A stretch of 64,000 bases of DNA. Origin: Euryarchaeota archaeon UBA463. GTDB lineage: Archaea; Thermoplasmatota; Poseidoniia; Poseidoniales; Thalassarchaeaceae. Location: NCBI GenBank assembly GCA_002501805.1, contig DAOI01000024.1, positions 12,224 to 76,223 of the forward strand, given 5' to 3'. The position numbers and the translations under genes are program-made. Each line of letters starts with the position of its first letter. Position 1 is the stretch's first letter. Under the pieces are notes generated by a model. The model searched no databases. It was not told the origin of the DNA and worked only from the letters and a program-made list of their open reading frames with translations. Shown here piece after piece: positions 37,101-47,260 of this stretch.

Positions 37101-37734
37101 ACTTCTAGGTCAAAACGCAGTAGATTCTTACACGTCCAATCGATGGTTCTTCGAACTTTGTGATGAGACCCAGAAAGACTGTAAGGATGCTTTGAAGACA
37201 CTAGGAGTCGAGGTATCCAATGGTGTTGGAGTGGCATCATCCAGTAACTGGGGAACGAATCATGAGGCCAACGAGAGGACAGGAGGACTAATCTTCGGGA
37301 CCCCAGGTCTTCTGAGTCTACAATTCGTGGTAGCTTCGCTAGCATCAATCGCTTCAGCCTTCGTATTCCTCTCCCTGGTCCTATCGCAAAGGAAGAAAGA
37401 ACTAGCCATCCTTCAGGCAATAGGAGCTAGTCCACAACAGGTAATGAGACTGGTTTTGTTTGAAATCATGTCTATCTTGCTAGTTAGTATGGGACTAGGA
37501 GTAATACTTGGCCTTGCAATATCCGAAGCTTTCAATGGGTTCTTCGGAGTCTTTGGATTCATCTTCCAGATTTTCCTAGGTCAAAGCGCTCCGATAGACA
37601 GAGATTTGGTCTGGCCGTGGACTGAGCTGATACTCGTCAACGCTTCCGTCCTAGTCGCTGTTGTGATAGCATTGCTTTTCACCACAAGGAGGGCGTTGAA
37701 GTCCGATCTTGCCATAGTTCTGAAGGGGGAGTGA
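34165..37734 (+). CDS. Giant ABC permease: N-terminal DUF805 domain fused to two FtsX-type permease modules with large extracytoplasmic domains
   Basis: DUF805 hallmarks are present (GRASRSEFWSFFLF..., VRRLHDVGRTGWWLLL, NKYGAVPTNDP). There are two FtsX-like modules (EISIHRVIGGTEAGLTSMILRE and ELAILQAIGASPQQVMRLVLFE), each preceded by a soluble domain of about 330-400 aa. ATG 34165 overlaps the ATPase stop as TGATG, and ATG 34141 is the alternative. Confidence 0.8.
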   Translation: MDLYYQESHRPARPMTFGEATKTCLVKSGDMNGRASRSEFWSFFLFYVPMMPGLWVIDLFFTMGIYSLSSEIGIGLLDTLLFVPASYLVVLMQLVFLYSFTSATVRRLHDVGRTGWWLLLTPTLIGLLVIGFFLFLEGESNKNKYGAVPTNDPIEASMAEIVSAIPDNLLMSARSAWIGRERVLAVFAGVFLASLVITTVLAYSAGLSGAFLQFSLQEEIFDGKVDFAEDPGSDSEGRTNDSTLWESACSELIEMEEISDCGLVFGRQGVRVNGFFDEGGIIPQPLNAVGATGTIGDWTNVSWDYPEAYDSGPPINDKRTIRFYGDGIWDGDLGERHANRVIYGSWPGSGEEASANRSIILPSEIASKAGVGVNDTIDTLTFSYTYDYLGFASIATGFDDCPGEEYFNQESGYLYCQVNMTVYDLKVVAVYQEGGAGNPTLLFNPIMVSDSVLTENQKLTLMNNDHGYLGIAIDRNELPASSTRAATDWLDGLKGDIEGVNYTSGNDIMIEYNDLISGTIGFLNIFLGIISVFDYILMIPIVVLSFSVLIYGLVLSLEQRRREISIHRVIGGTEAGLTSMILRELAVVGVIGWFTGYLLAMASVPVVLDAVGFMAFERSDFRVVPTLSGLVTLLIFLVTVGLTLLFGNSRTKDFLSIEIDEGVRRVATRKKSRLWLHLIVFFVGILSFLESWIESNGGFGPIASSGISSNFVVDGLLFIFGPFFLWIGGALVLGRIGASGPRIFTTLFGWSPVLTDIKRGLKGSGSSESVNRLAIILLLTLSIVTVAAVQGYTGTLVDERTTSAQTGADLQVQFEEPVSQQRAMEEVTLAIQRAGESEIDSIDYVTSVGDIFTNQKGEGSLLRTWILFDGHENTLQWDEQTIPDDDIDIVSAQWSSFGFTAGSSARSQLDISRNDIGSNTTIEYTSYSFGGLDSDMNPIITTTVTVAEITYMGGHRWVPGLQSSEANQAIVIGEATYKELLGQNAVDSYTSNRWFFELCDETQKDCKDALKTLGVEVSNGVGVASSSNWGTNHEANERTGGLIFGTPGLLSLQFVVASLASIASAFVFLSLVLSQRKKELAILQAIGASPQQVMRLVLFEIMSILLVSMGLGVILGLAISEAFNGFFGVFGFIFQIFLGQSAPIDRDLVWPWTELILVNASVLVAVVIALLFTTRRALKSDLAIVLKGE

Positions 37735-37738
37735 TAGA

Positions 37739-38734
37739 ATGGACGAAAGCTTGGTAATTCTGGAAGCCAAAAATATGTACCATATCTACGAGAGCCTGAG
37801 TCTCGAGGGGAACGTTGTCGCCTTGAGAGGCCTCAATGTCATAATCAAGGAGGGTGAGGCCGTAGCTGTAATCGGGCCCTCGGGATCAGGTAAGTCCACT
37901 CTTCTGAAGTGCCTAGGTGGGCTAATGAAACCATCATCCGGTTCGGTTTCCTTAGGGGGCAGAGAGATGATCAGGATGACTGGTAATGAACTCGTAAAAC
38001 TTCGGCAGGAAACAGTCTCTTTCATCTTCCAAGACTCAAATTTACTTCCTGATCTAAATGCGTTAGATAATGTTGCACAACCACTCAGGCACCAGGGAGT
38101 GATGCCAGGTCCAGCTAGGGCCAAGGCAATGGAGCTACTTGAGAAACTAGCGATGGGAGACAGATGGATGGGAATGCCAGAGCAACTTTCTGGAGGGGAG
38201 CAACAACGAGTAGCTATAGCCAGGGCACTAATAACCAACCCAAAGCTAATTCTGGCGGATGAGCCAACCGGTGCATTGGACCCTATAACTAGCAGAGAGG
38301 TTCTAGAGCTGTTCGAGAGGCTGCATAAGGAAGAGAATGTGGCATTCTTGCTTGTGACTCACAACAGGGACGTAGCATACTTCTGTGAGAGGTCCTTAGA
38401 GCTTAGAGACGGAAGGTTCGTCGCGCAACATGGAACCGATTTCGATATGGCAGATCTCTCAGATACTAGAGAACTGATTATAGATGAAACCGGGACAATA
38501 ACACTACCTCCAGACCTCCTTCTAAAGCTAGGTGGGCCGGGTAGATTCGATGTCCCTGATGCGGACAGAGATTCCCTGAAGCTGGAGAGGGTTGAGGACG
38601 AGAAAATCAAGGTATCATCCAAGACTAAGAGAGTACTAGCACCAACCTGTCCTGCTTGTAATCATGACTACTCAGACTCAACAGATCAACTGTGTCCCGA
38701 ATGTGGTTCCAGTAGGCCCATGATTCAAGCCTGA
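37739..38734 (+). CDS. ABC transporter ATP-binding protein with a C-terminal extension (AbrB/SpoVT-like segment plus zinc ribbon)
   Basis: Has Walker [24 protein letters not shown] and [12 protein letters not shown] tail of about 100 aa contains TGTITLPPDLLLKLGGPGRFDV (AbrB-like looped-hinge pattern) and CPACNH...x12...CPECG (4-Cys ribbon). Confidence 0.85.
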   Translation: MDESLVILEAKNMYHIYESLSLEGNVVALRGLNVIIKEGEAVAVIGPSGSGKSTLLKCLGGLMKPSSGSVSLGGREMIRMTGNELVKLRQETVSFIFQDSNLLPDLNALDNVAQPLRHQGVMPGPARAKAMELLEKLAMGDRWMGMPEQLSGGEQQRVAIARALITNPKLILADEPTGALDPITSREVLELFERLHKEENVAFLLVTHNRDVAYFCERSLELRDGRFVAQHGTDFDMADLSDTRELIIDETGTITLPPDLLLKLGGPGRFDVPDADRDSLKLERVEDEKIKVSSKTKRVLAPTCPACNHDYSDSTDQLCPECGSSRPMIQA

Positions 38735-39753
38735 GGAAGAAGGAACCTCTGTGGCTTGGCTATCCCGAGGTCCTTTGGTAGCTCCTTTTTGGCAATGGGC
38801 AGCTTGACTGGAATCATCTCCTTTCCTATGAGGGCGACCCTGCTCTCCCTCCTGTCTGAAAGAACCTCCCGTCCAACCATTGGTGCCAACTTTTCAGAGA
38901 AATCTAGAATCTCCTGATGTGTCGGCATATTCTCAATTGAAAGATTGTTTCTACTATTTCCCACATTGACATAACCCTTCGCCTCGATGAAATTAGGATC
39001 AGCAATATTATCCAGTCTGGCGTAGTCTTCGTGGAATCCCATGGACTCGTGTTTGATCAGCGTGTGCCTACAAACCGTTCTCGTATCTAGACTAGGCAAT
39101 AATTCCAGAGTCTCTTCAAGCTTGTGAAAGGCCCCTTGGTCAAATTTAGGTTTGCATAGCCTGTCGAAAATCTCCTTGTTAGGGGCATCTACTGAAACAT
39201 AGAGCTGAGTGGGCAGTGGGTCCAGATTCTCAATTACCTTCGGGAGGCTTCCATTGGTCACTAGGAAAGTGGAAGTCCCATGATTGTGACAAACCTCCAA
39301 GAATTCACCCAATCTTGAATATAGCGTAGGCTCACCGTTCAAAGAGATAGCAACATGCTTGGGATTCTGAGCTTCAAGAAACTTCTTCTTGTCGGCCTTC
39401 GGATTTCCGCCAAAGCCCGTCAGAAGTCTTCTGTGAGCTTTCACAGACTCTAGATACAACTCATATGGATCATCGTCAATCTTGTTTAGCGAGTCGGAGT
39501 GAGGCTCTCTCCAGCAGTAGGTGCATCCAAGATTGCATGTATCCACATTTGGAGCCATCTGCATACATCCGTGACTTTCTATCCCGTAGAATGTGCCCTT
39601 GTAGCAAGAACGATCGGCAATCAGACTCTGTTTGGTCCAATGGCATACTTTCACGCCACCATGCTCGCCTACCAGCTGGTATTTCTGCTTGGAGAGCTTT
39701 GCCGCGATTTTAGGCTCTATCTTGGTCACGTGTCCTTGCATGATGATCCCCAC
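38725..39753 (-). CDS. taw1: tRNA 4-demethylwyosine synthase (radical SAM, Taw1/TYW1)
   Basis: VKVCHWTKQSL..CYK.TFYGIESHGCMQM and the radical-SAM cluster motif CNLGCTYCWR are typical of archaeal Taw1. Confidence 0.85.
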   Translation of the reverse strand: MGIIMQGHVTKIEPKIAAKLSKQKYQLVGEHGGVKVCHWTKQSLIADRSCYKGTFYGIESHGCMQMAPNVDTCNLGCTYCWREPHSDSLNKIDDDPYELYLESVKAHRRLLTGFGGNPKADKKKFLEAQNPKHVAISLNGEPTLYSRLGEFLEVCHNHGTSTFLVTNGSLPKVIENLDPLPTQLYVSVDAPNKEIFDRLCKPKFDQGAFHKLEETLELLPSLDTRTVCRHTLIKHESMGFHEDYARLDNIADPNFIEAKGYVNVGNSRNNLSIENMPTHQEILDFSEKLAPMVGREVLSDRRESRVALIGKEMIPVKLPIAKKELPKDLGIAKPQRFLLPQA

Positions 39754-39814
39754 TCCGTATCCCGCAGAGGGGACGTGTCGAGGAGCTTGCGTATGAGTAA
39801 GTAGATATCAACCC

Positions 39815-40444
39815 TCACTCGTACTTAATTCCGGTCCCATATGCAAAAATCTCTACTCCTCTGACAGTATTCTTACTGTTCGATGATTGAGGAGTCATGT
39901 TTGCAGTATCTATTCTGACGTTAATGACCTCATCCCATCCTTCAGCTTCAGCTTGATCACGCAATCTCTGCATAACTTCGGCTCTACCAGCAGATATTAC
40001 CTGCTGGAAAACAGTCACGCTCCCTCCAATAAGATTGTTGAGGAATCCAATCATTAGATGCCAGTGACTGGGTCCGAACACACCGTTGGCGTGAACTAGT
40101 CCGACACTGGAGGCATTTCTCCTATATCCTCCATCGATGGTATTCAGAATCTCTCTTCCCCTTCTCTGTCTAAGTAACATTTTCCTTCGATTCGCATCTT
40201 CATGCATCCGTTCTACATTTCCACTGCTGGATATTGCCCCCCATAGGAACATTACCGGATAGACAATCGCCCAAATTATCCCAAATAAAGCTAGGACAAT
40301 GAAGGGGAGTAGGAAAACGACAACTAACGGGAAACTCCTTCCATCCCCCGTATCACTCTGAGCAGCCACATTAATCGAAAATAGCACAAATGCCAATATG
40401 GAAAATATACAGAAGAATCTGAAATTGACAACGGTGGCCTTCAT
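39815..40444 (-). CDS. Membrane-anchored YbjQ/UPF0145 (DUF74) domain protein
   Basis: ATG 40444 gives MKATVVNFRFFCIFSILAFVLFSINVAAQ plus a second TM helix, then a C-terminal domain ending VEIFAYGTGIKYE, paralogous to the upstream YbjQ gene (ELFAYGTAVKYE). The ORF track start at 40594 overlaps the upstream gene. Confidence 0.6.
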   Translation of the reverse strand: MKATVVNFRFFCIFSILAFVLFSINVAAQSDTGDGRSFPLVVVFLLPFIVLALFGIIWAIVYPVMFLWGAISSSGNVERMHEDANRRKMLLRQRRGREILNTIDGGYRRNASSVGLVHANGVFGPSHWHLMIGFLNNLIGGSVTVFQQVISAGRAEVMQRLRDQAEAEGWDEVINVRIDTANMTPQSSNSKNTVRGVEIFAYGTGIKYE

Positions 40445-40454
40445 TGTTCCACAC

Positions 40455-40790
40455 CTATTCGTATTTGACCGCAGTTCCGTAAGCGAATAGCTCGGCGGCT
40501 CCAGACGTGATAGCTGAGGTAGCGAATCTGACGTTGACAACTGCCGTGGCCCCAATTGATATCGCGTCTGCCACCATTCTTCCGACTGCCTCATTGCGAG
40601 ACTCCTGAAGAAGCTCGGTGTATTGAGTCAACTCACCACCTACAATATTCTTCAATCCGGCAAAGATATCCTTTCCAACGTTTTTTGCCCTCACTGTCGA
40701 TCCACTAACTACTCCCATCGCTTCGGTAATCACCTTGCCTGGGATAGTCTCTGTATTGACCACTAGGATGCCATTCACTACTTGTTCCAT
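40455..40790 (-). CDS. YbjQ/UPF0145 (DUF74) family protein
   Basis: 111 aa. TETIPGKVITEAMGVVSGSTVRAKNVGKDIFAGLKNIVGGEL..YTELL.ESRNEAVGRMV..A...GA.AVVNVRF matches the UPF0145 pattern. Confidence 0.8.
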   Translation of the reverse strand: MEQVVNGILVVNTETIPGKVITEAMGVVSGSTVRAKNVGKDIFAGLKNIVGGELTQYTELLQESRNEAVGRMVADAISIGATAVVNVRFATSAITSGAAELFAYGTAVKYE

Positions 40791-40847
40791 GAGGACCAGT
40801 CTAGAGAGTAGGGCTCTTCAATGTAATGGCTTATCCATTCGAGAAGA

Positions 40848-41468
40848 CTATTCTCTCAGTACAACCTCTGGCTTGGACTTCATGGATACTAGGGCCAAGA
40901 TTGCGAGAAAAATCCCATTGCAAATGATTATCTGACCCCCTCCTATAACCAATGTTAGGTTTTCTATGAAAGATAGATCGATTACCTCAACGTCTTGGTT
41001 ACTATTAGAAAAATCAGGTATAAATCCGATCCTAGACATCATCCAAAAAAGCCCAGCGCCGCCCAGGGTATTAATCCCTATCCAAACTCCAACCAGCTTT
41101 ATTCCAAGCTCCCTGTCCCCTTTCCAAAGAACCACAGTACTGAAGAGTCCTACAAATGCTAGGATTGCACTGTGTAATCCTTGTAGTTCTACGAATCCCA
41201 TCATCTCATCGTAATACCCGACCAACTCATCCCAGAATACTTCATTCTCCTCCCATTCAGCTTTCTCCTCCTCAGTACCATTCACTGGATAAGGCTCTAT
41301 TTCTTCATAATTGTCTGGTAACAGCCTATCCACAAGAACTGGCGATGCAATCGCCGAAAATGTTCCTAAAACCATGAAAAGAGAAATAACTCCCATGAAA
41401 ATAGCCAGTCCCTTTAGCCACCACGGCGATGGTTCAGAGATTGGAGAGTACGGAGATTCTACCCTCAT
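40848..41468 (-). CDS. Hypothetical integral membrane protein (about 4 TM)
   Basis: It has hydrophobic helices and an acidic loop (EEEKAEWEENE). No family is recognised. Confidence 0.45.
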   Translation of the reverse strand: MRVESPYSPISEPSPWWLKGLAIFMGVISLFMVLGTFSAIASPVLVDRLLPDNYEEIEPYPVNGTEEEKAEWEENEVFWDELVGYYDEMMGFVELQGLHSAILAFVGLFSTVVLWKGDRELGIKLVGVWIGINTLGGAGLFWMMSRIGFIPDFSNSNQDVEVIDLSFIENLTLVIGGGQIIICNGIFLAILALVSMKSKPEVVLRE

Positions 41469-41470
41469 AG

Positions 41471-43030
<1,560 letters not shown>

Positions 43031-43034
43031 TTCT

Positions 43035-43556
43035 CTGGAGGAGATCGTTCTTGGTGGAGGCTGTTTCTGGTGTGTCGAGGAGGCACTCATCGGACTGAGA
43101 GGGGTTTCCGAGGTTACTCCTGGATATTCAGGAGGACATGTCGAGAATCCCACCTATGAGCAGGTCTGTGGGAAGAGAACGGGCCATGCTGAGGTAGTCA
43201 AGGTGATTTTTGATCCATCAAAGATTGATAGAATATCTCTTTTGGAGGTATTCTTCACATGCCATGACCCGACTCAGCTGAATAGACAAGGGAATGATAT
43301 CGGACCTCATTACAGAAGTGTAATTTTCTATAATTCAGAGTCCCAGAGAAGGGACTCATATTCAGTGATAGATGAGATGGGCGATGTGTATTCTAGTGAA
43401 ATTGTAACCGAGGTTTCGCCACTCAAGAACTTCTATGTCGCAGAAAAATACCATCACGACTACTTCAAGAACAACCCGTCGAATCCTTACTGTATGGTGA
43501 TCGTGGCTCCAAAAATAGCAAAGACTAGAGCCAAGCACGCCCACCTGTATGAGTGA
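43035..43556 (+). CDS. msrA: Peptide-methionine (S)-S-oxide reductase MsrA (start codon unresolved)
   Basis: The frame is open from 43002. It encodes ...LEEIVLGGGCFWCVEEAL...GYSGGHVENPTYEQVCGKRTGHAEVVKV...HDPTQLNRQGNDIGPHYRS...YHHDYF. The catalytic GCFWC (43059-43073) lies upstream of the first canonical start, GTG 43203. CTG 43035 is listed only as a placeholder start. Confidence 0.75.
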   Translation: MEEIVLGGGCFWCVEEALIGLRGVSEVTPGYSGGHVENPTYEQVCGKRTGHAEVVKVIFDPSKIDRISLLEVFFTCHDPTQLNRQGNDIGPHYRSVIFYNSESQRRDSYSVIDEMGDVYSSEIVTEVSPLKNFYVAEKYHHDYFKNNPSNPYCMVIVAPKIAKTRAKHAHLYE

Positions 43557-44574
43557 TACTGCGCTGGCTCCGGAACCTTGGTCTGTTCACCTACTGGGAC
43601 TCATAAGTCCCATGCTAGCAATTACTGGAAATGTGTTAGGTGGTGCCTACACCCTGTCCGGCGTTCTGTTCATTTGGGTATTGAGTCCCATCCTTGATGT
43701 CCTCTTCGGGGAGTCGGAGTCGCCTAGACCTCCACGAGAGTCCGGTACTCCCTTTGAGAGGCTACTCTGGGTCCACGGAATATTGCACTTCGTGATGCTG
43801 GCGACGTTCTTCTACTTCGTCGCAAGCGAGGGAATTACCCGCTGGCTGTTAGCAGCATCTCTATCAACAGGTCTTGTTGCAGCCGCCTCGGCTATTGTTA
43901 CCGCACATGAGCTAGGGCACCAGAGACCCAAAAGTCCTGGGTGGAGATTGGCAAGAGCACTTCTTTTCAGTATAAATTACACTCATTTCACTACTGAGCA
44001 CAATCATAATCATCACAAGAACGTAGCTACAGACAAAGACCCAGCCAGCGCGACCTATGAGCAGAGCATCTGGTCTTTCTGGATTAGAACCATACCAGGA
44101 CAATTCATATCTTCTGTGAGAGTACACAATAGGAAGGGCAGAACCGGCTTCAGGAATCCATCATGGAGGGGCCTTGCCCTCCAATTATTGTGTGTATCAA
44201 TTCTGATTTTCTTACACTATGTAGGGATTTACTGGGCGGCACCAGTTCTAATTGGTTGGCTAATAGCCTCAGGTATTGCTATACTCACCCTCGAGTATGT
44301 CAATTACATACGCCACTGGGGGCTAAGGAGAGAGAACGGAGGGAGGTTCGAAGAAGGACACGCTTGGAATACAGAGGCTAGATGGTCCAGGTGGAGTCTC
44401 CTGGAGCTGACTAGGCATTCTGATCACCATCTCCACGCATCTGTCCCTTTCTGGAAACTGAGGCCATATCCAGATGCTCCCAGACTGCCATCCGGCTACT
44501 ACGCATGCTGGTGGCCATGTCTATTGCCCCCACTGTGGAGGAAAATGATGAGAGGAAGGGCCCCGAACATCTGA
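43549..44574 (+). CDS. alkB: AlkB-family integral-membrane di-iron hydroxylase (alkane 1-monooxygenase-like)
   Basis: All AlkB signature boxes are present: HELGHQ, EHNHNHH, NYIRHWGL (HYG-type box) and LTRHSDHH. It has multiple TM helices and overlaps the msrA end by 8 nt. Confidence 0.8.
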   Translation: MSDTALAPEPWSVHLLGLISPMLAITGNVLGGAYTLSGVLFIWVLSPILDVLFGESESPRPPRESGTPFERLLWVHGILHFVMLATFFYFVASEGITRWLLAASLSTGLVAAASAIVTAHELGHQRPKSPGWRLARALLFSINYTHFTTEHNHNHHKNVATDKDPASATYEQSIWSFWIRTIPGQFISSVRVHNRKGRTGFRNPSWRGLALQLLCVSILIFLHYVGIYWAAPVLIGWLIASGIAILTLEYVNYIRHWGLRRENGGRFEEGHAWNTEARWSRWSLLELTRHSDHHLHASVPFWKLRPYPDAPRLPSGYYACWWPCLLPPLWRKMMRGRAPNI

Positions 44575-44636
44575 GTTCTCGCCATCCGTCCACTAACTTA
44601 CACTAGCTAAGCCTTCACTGGGGTAACCTTCAATTC

Positions 44637-45098
44637 TTGATTGGGATGCAGCCTTCCATGGTCGTTCCCAGAAGGGATGATGATGATGATGTCCCAGCTG
44701 ACAAGGCGTGGGCAATTCATGCGGCTATAATTGGTCTGAATACCGGTAATTTGCTATTTAGGGGCTTAGAGCTAGATCCTGATAATCCTGGGATGATAAC
44801 CGTAGCATGTTTGGCAGTACTAGCAGCCGCTCTACCTTTCCAAGCAATATTCTTCCTCATCAACTCCTACATTCAAGAAGCCTCTAACGTTCATGAGATA
44901 GAATTCATAATGTTGCAGAGGCTATCCTTGATATGTCAGACCATATCATACCTGTCACTTACGGCTATAGGAATTCTGATGTTTGAGACACACATGTATG
45001 TTGGAGGGAGCTTCTTTGCAGGTTGTATAGTGGCATTCTTTCTACTGAGGGCTGCGATGAATCAGGCAGAGGCATTAGCCACTAGCCATGCTCGTTAA
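44637..45098 (+). CDS. Hypothetical membrane protein
   Basis: 153 aa with 3-4 hydrophobic segments. TTG 44637 or ATG 44646. No family is recognised. Confidence 0.4.
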   Translation: MIGMQPSMVVPRRDDDDDVPADKAWAIHAAIIGLNTGNLLFRGLELDPDNPGMITVACLAVLAAALPFQAIFFLINSYIQEASNVHEIEFIMLQRLSLICQTISYLSLTAIGILMFETHMYVGGSFFAGCIVAFFLLRAAMNQAEALATSHAR

Positions 45099-45130
45099 TT
45101 CGTAGAGAGGTTGATTGCTGACCTTCCCGT

Positions 45131-45949
45131 GTGACTCACATGGCTGATGCCTTCGCAATGCCAAGCCTCCCCCCAGCTTCTCCTTGGGATGCCTATATTC
45201 TGATGCTCGCGGTACCCTTTATTCTGAGACTAGTTTTTGTTGCTCCACCATTAATCGACCTGATTAACACCTATGCCCCACCAGGTGAGAGGACAAAGCA
45301 TGTTAGGTGGTTCTTGAGCAAAATAAAATCATTGCCTGTCAAGGGGTTCTGGCTAATATTAGTGAACGAGACAATGTCGTTTATTTTACCAGCTATAGTT
45401 GCAATCGGTGCACGTTATTGGCTTGGACCAATTGGTTGGCCGACATGGGATGATACTCCAGATTTTGGAGTAGCCCTTCTTCTTCTTGCTGGAGCGTTAT
45501 GGCTACTCTCAGATTTTTCAAAAGTCATGAGATCGAGAAGAGATATTCAGTCAATTACAAAGTATAATCTCTCAACGGCAAAGATGGTAGTCCAAGGAGC
45601 AGTAGTAGGAAGAAATATTCTACAGAATGTCAGCGATTCTGGTATTCCTCGGCCTTGGAGAGGAGTAATGGAAGTAGACTTTGAGGTGGATGGAGAAGCA
45701 ACCATAGTACCAGAAACAAACCCTATGACTGAGGTGATATACTCTCTATTAGATAGGGGCGCCGATGCATTGGAAGAAATCCTAGGAAGGGTAAGGGAGC
45801 CAGCTACTGTCGCTATGGAAAGACTGGACAGAGAGATACAGGATCGTGTTACTCAGAGAGTTCAAGCATCAGCAAAGTCACTACTCCAGAATGTCATTTT
45901 TTCAATTGCCCCAATAGTTGTACTAATTGGTCTGGACAGACTCATTTAG
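45131..45949 (+). CDS. Hypothetical membrane protein
   Basis: 272 aa with N-terminal TM helices and one C-terminal TM helix. GTG 45131 or ATG 45140. No family is recognised. Confidence 0.4.
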   Translation: MTHMADAFAMPSLPPASPWDAYILMLAVPFILRLVFVAPPLIDLINTYAPPGERTKHVRWFLSKIKSLPVKGFWLILVNETMSFILPAIVAIGARYWLGPIGWPTWDDTPDFGVALLLLAGALWLLSDFSKVMRSRRDIQSITKYNLSTAKMVVQGAVVGRNILQNVSDSGIPRPWRGVMEVDFEVDGEATIVPETNPMTEVIYSLLDRGADALEEILGRVREPATVAMERLDREIQDRVTQRVQASAKSLLQNVIFSIAPIVVLIGLDRLI

Positions 45950-47191
45950 CATCTTCTTCTCACTGGGTGTAGCGAGTAGTACCCATAACAGACCCGCCAA
46001 TATTTGCATAGTTCCAGTTGCTATAATCGTCTCCCTGAGTGTAAGTAGATCATTTTCCAGAATCAACCCAGCGGCCACTGTCGACAACCCCATTGTCATA
46101 GTTATCCCAAGTGAGTCAGTACCGAATACCCTTCCCAACCACTCATCCTCACTCCTCTTCTGGAGCATTGTTGTTGACAGTACCCAATTGACACCGCTAG
46201 CCGCATGGGAAATGAAAACATAGACTAGTATTATCGCCGTCCACTCAGAAACCGCTACTGCCATGTAGAAGGCACCGCTGATTATCAACACCCCTCCCAG
46301 TAGATACGGCACTAGCCTGGCATTACTCATGAACCGTCGACTGACTATTGGCCCAAATCCTGAACCAAATCCTCTAGCCATGTACAGAATGCCTATTCCA
46401 GCCGCGACACCCCCAAAACCAGCCTCCCTACCTATTAGGATTAGGAGAAACACCTGTGCACCCCCTCCCGAAGCCCACATGGCCTTCGCCAAGACCACTC
46501 TCCTGATAGAAGGCTTCGACAGGATATACTTCCATCCAGAAAGAATCTCTTCAAGCATAGCTCTAGGATTACTGGACAAGCTTCCAGATTTCTCAGGACC
46601 TCCGTGCGGTAGGGTCATGATTAGAATAATAGCAACAAGAAAAGTTACCGAATCAATCCACAGTGCAGTCTCTATTCCGTATTGTGAGATGGTTAGACCA
46701 CCAATTCCAGCTCCAATTCCCATGGCAGCAGACCATCCTCCCGAAGATAGGGCATTTGCAGAGAGCAACTCCTCCTTTGTACAAATATTCGGAACATAAG
46801 CAGATTCCGCATTGGAGGATATTGCTCTACCGACGACCATGCCCATGCCAAGGAGGTATACTGATGCCAGACTGTCCAGTGCACCGAGGGATAGAGCAGT
46901 TACCAGAATCGTAAATGACCAAACATTACCAAGTACCATGAGCCACTTTCTAGGATATCTATCCGCCAGCATTCCCGTGAGTGGCTCTAGGGGAGCGAAG
47001 GTAAAGCTCCTAGTGGCGAGAACTCCTGCTATAGCCAGAGGGGAATTATCAGAGGCTTCGCCCGCTAGAAGGAATAGGGCAATCATTGAGAACCAATCTC
47101 CGACGTAAGAAATCTCGTTGGCAGTGAATAGCCTTCTGTAGGGCGCATTGGATCTGAGAAGTCCGATGTAGCTTACTCCAGCCATGGCCAT
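45923..47191 (-). CDS. Major facilitator superfamily transporter
   Basis: About 12 TM segments, with an MFS loop motif-like GMLADRYPRKW. ATG 47191 or 47185 is preferred because ORF start 47230 would intrude on the divergent orn gene. Confidence 0.75.
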   Translation of the reverse strand: MAMAGVSYIGLLRSNAPYRRLFTANEISYVGDWFSMIALFLLAGEASDNSPLAIAGVLATRSFTFAPLEPLTGMLADRYPRKWLMVLGNVWSFTILVTALSLGALDSLASVYLLGMGMVVGRAISSNAESAYVPNICTKEELLSANALSSGGWSAAMGIGAGIGGLTISQYGIETALWIDSVTFLVAIILIMTLPHGGPEKSGSLSSNPRAMLEEILSGWKYILSKPSIRRVVLAKAMWASGGGAQVFLLILIGREAGFGGVAAGIGILYMARGFGSGFGPIVSRRFMSNARLVPYLLGGVLIISGAFYMAVAVSEWTAIILVYVFISHAASGVNWVLSTTMLQKRSEDEWLGRVFGTDSLGITMTMGLSTVAAGLILENDLLTLRETIIATGTMQILAGLLWVLLATPSEKKMLNESVQTN

Positions 47192-47260
47192 GCGCGAGCA
47201 GACAGCCCTATGATTGTGGCCCCCCAACACTCAAGACTCCCACACTCTCCCGCCGGACGC

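Noticed and set aside
46329-46799. 156-aa ORF antisense to the MFS transporter.
   Set aside because: It is a Pro/Ala-rich shadow frame of a membrane-protein gene with no independent support.
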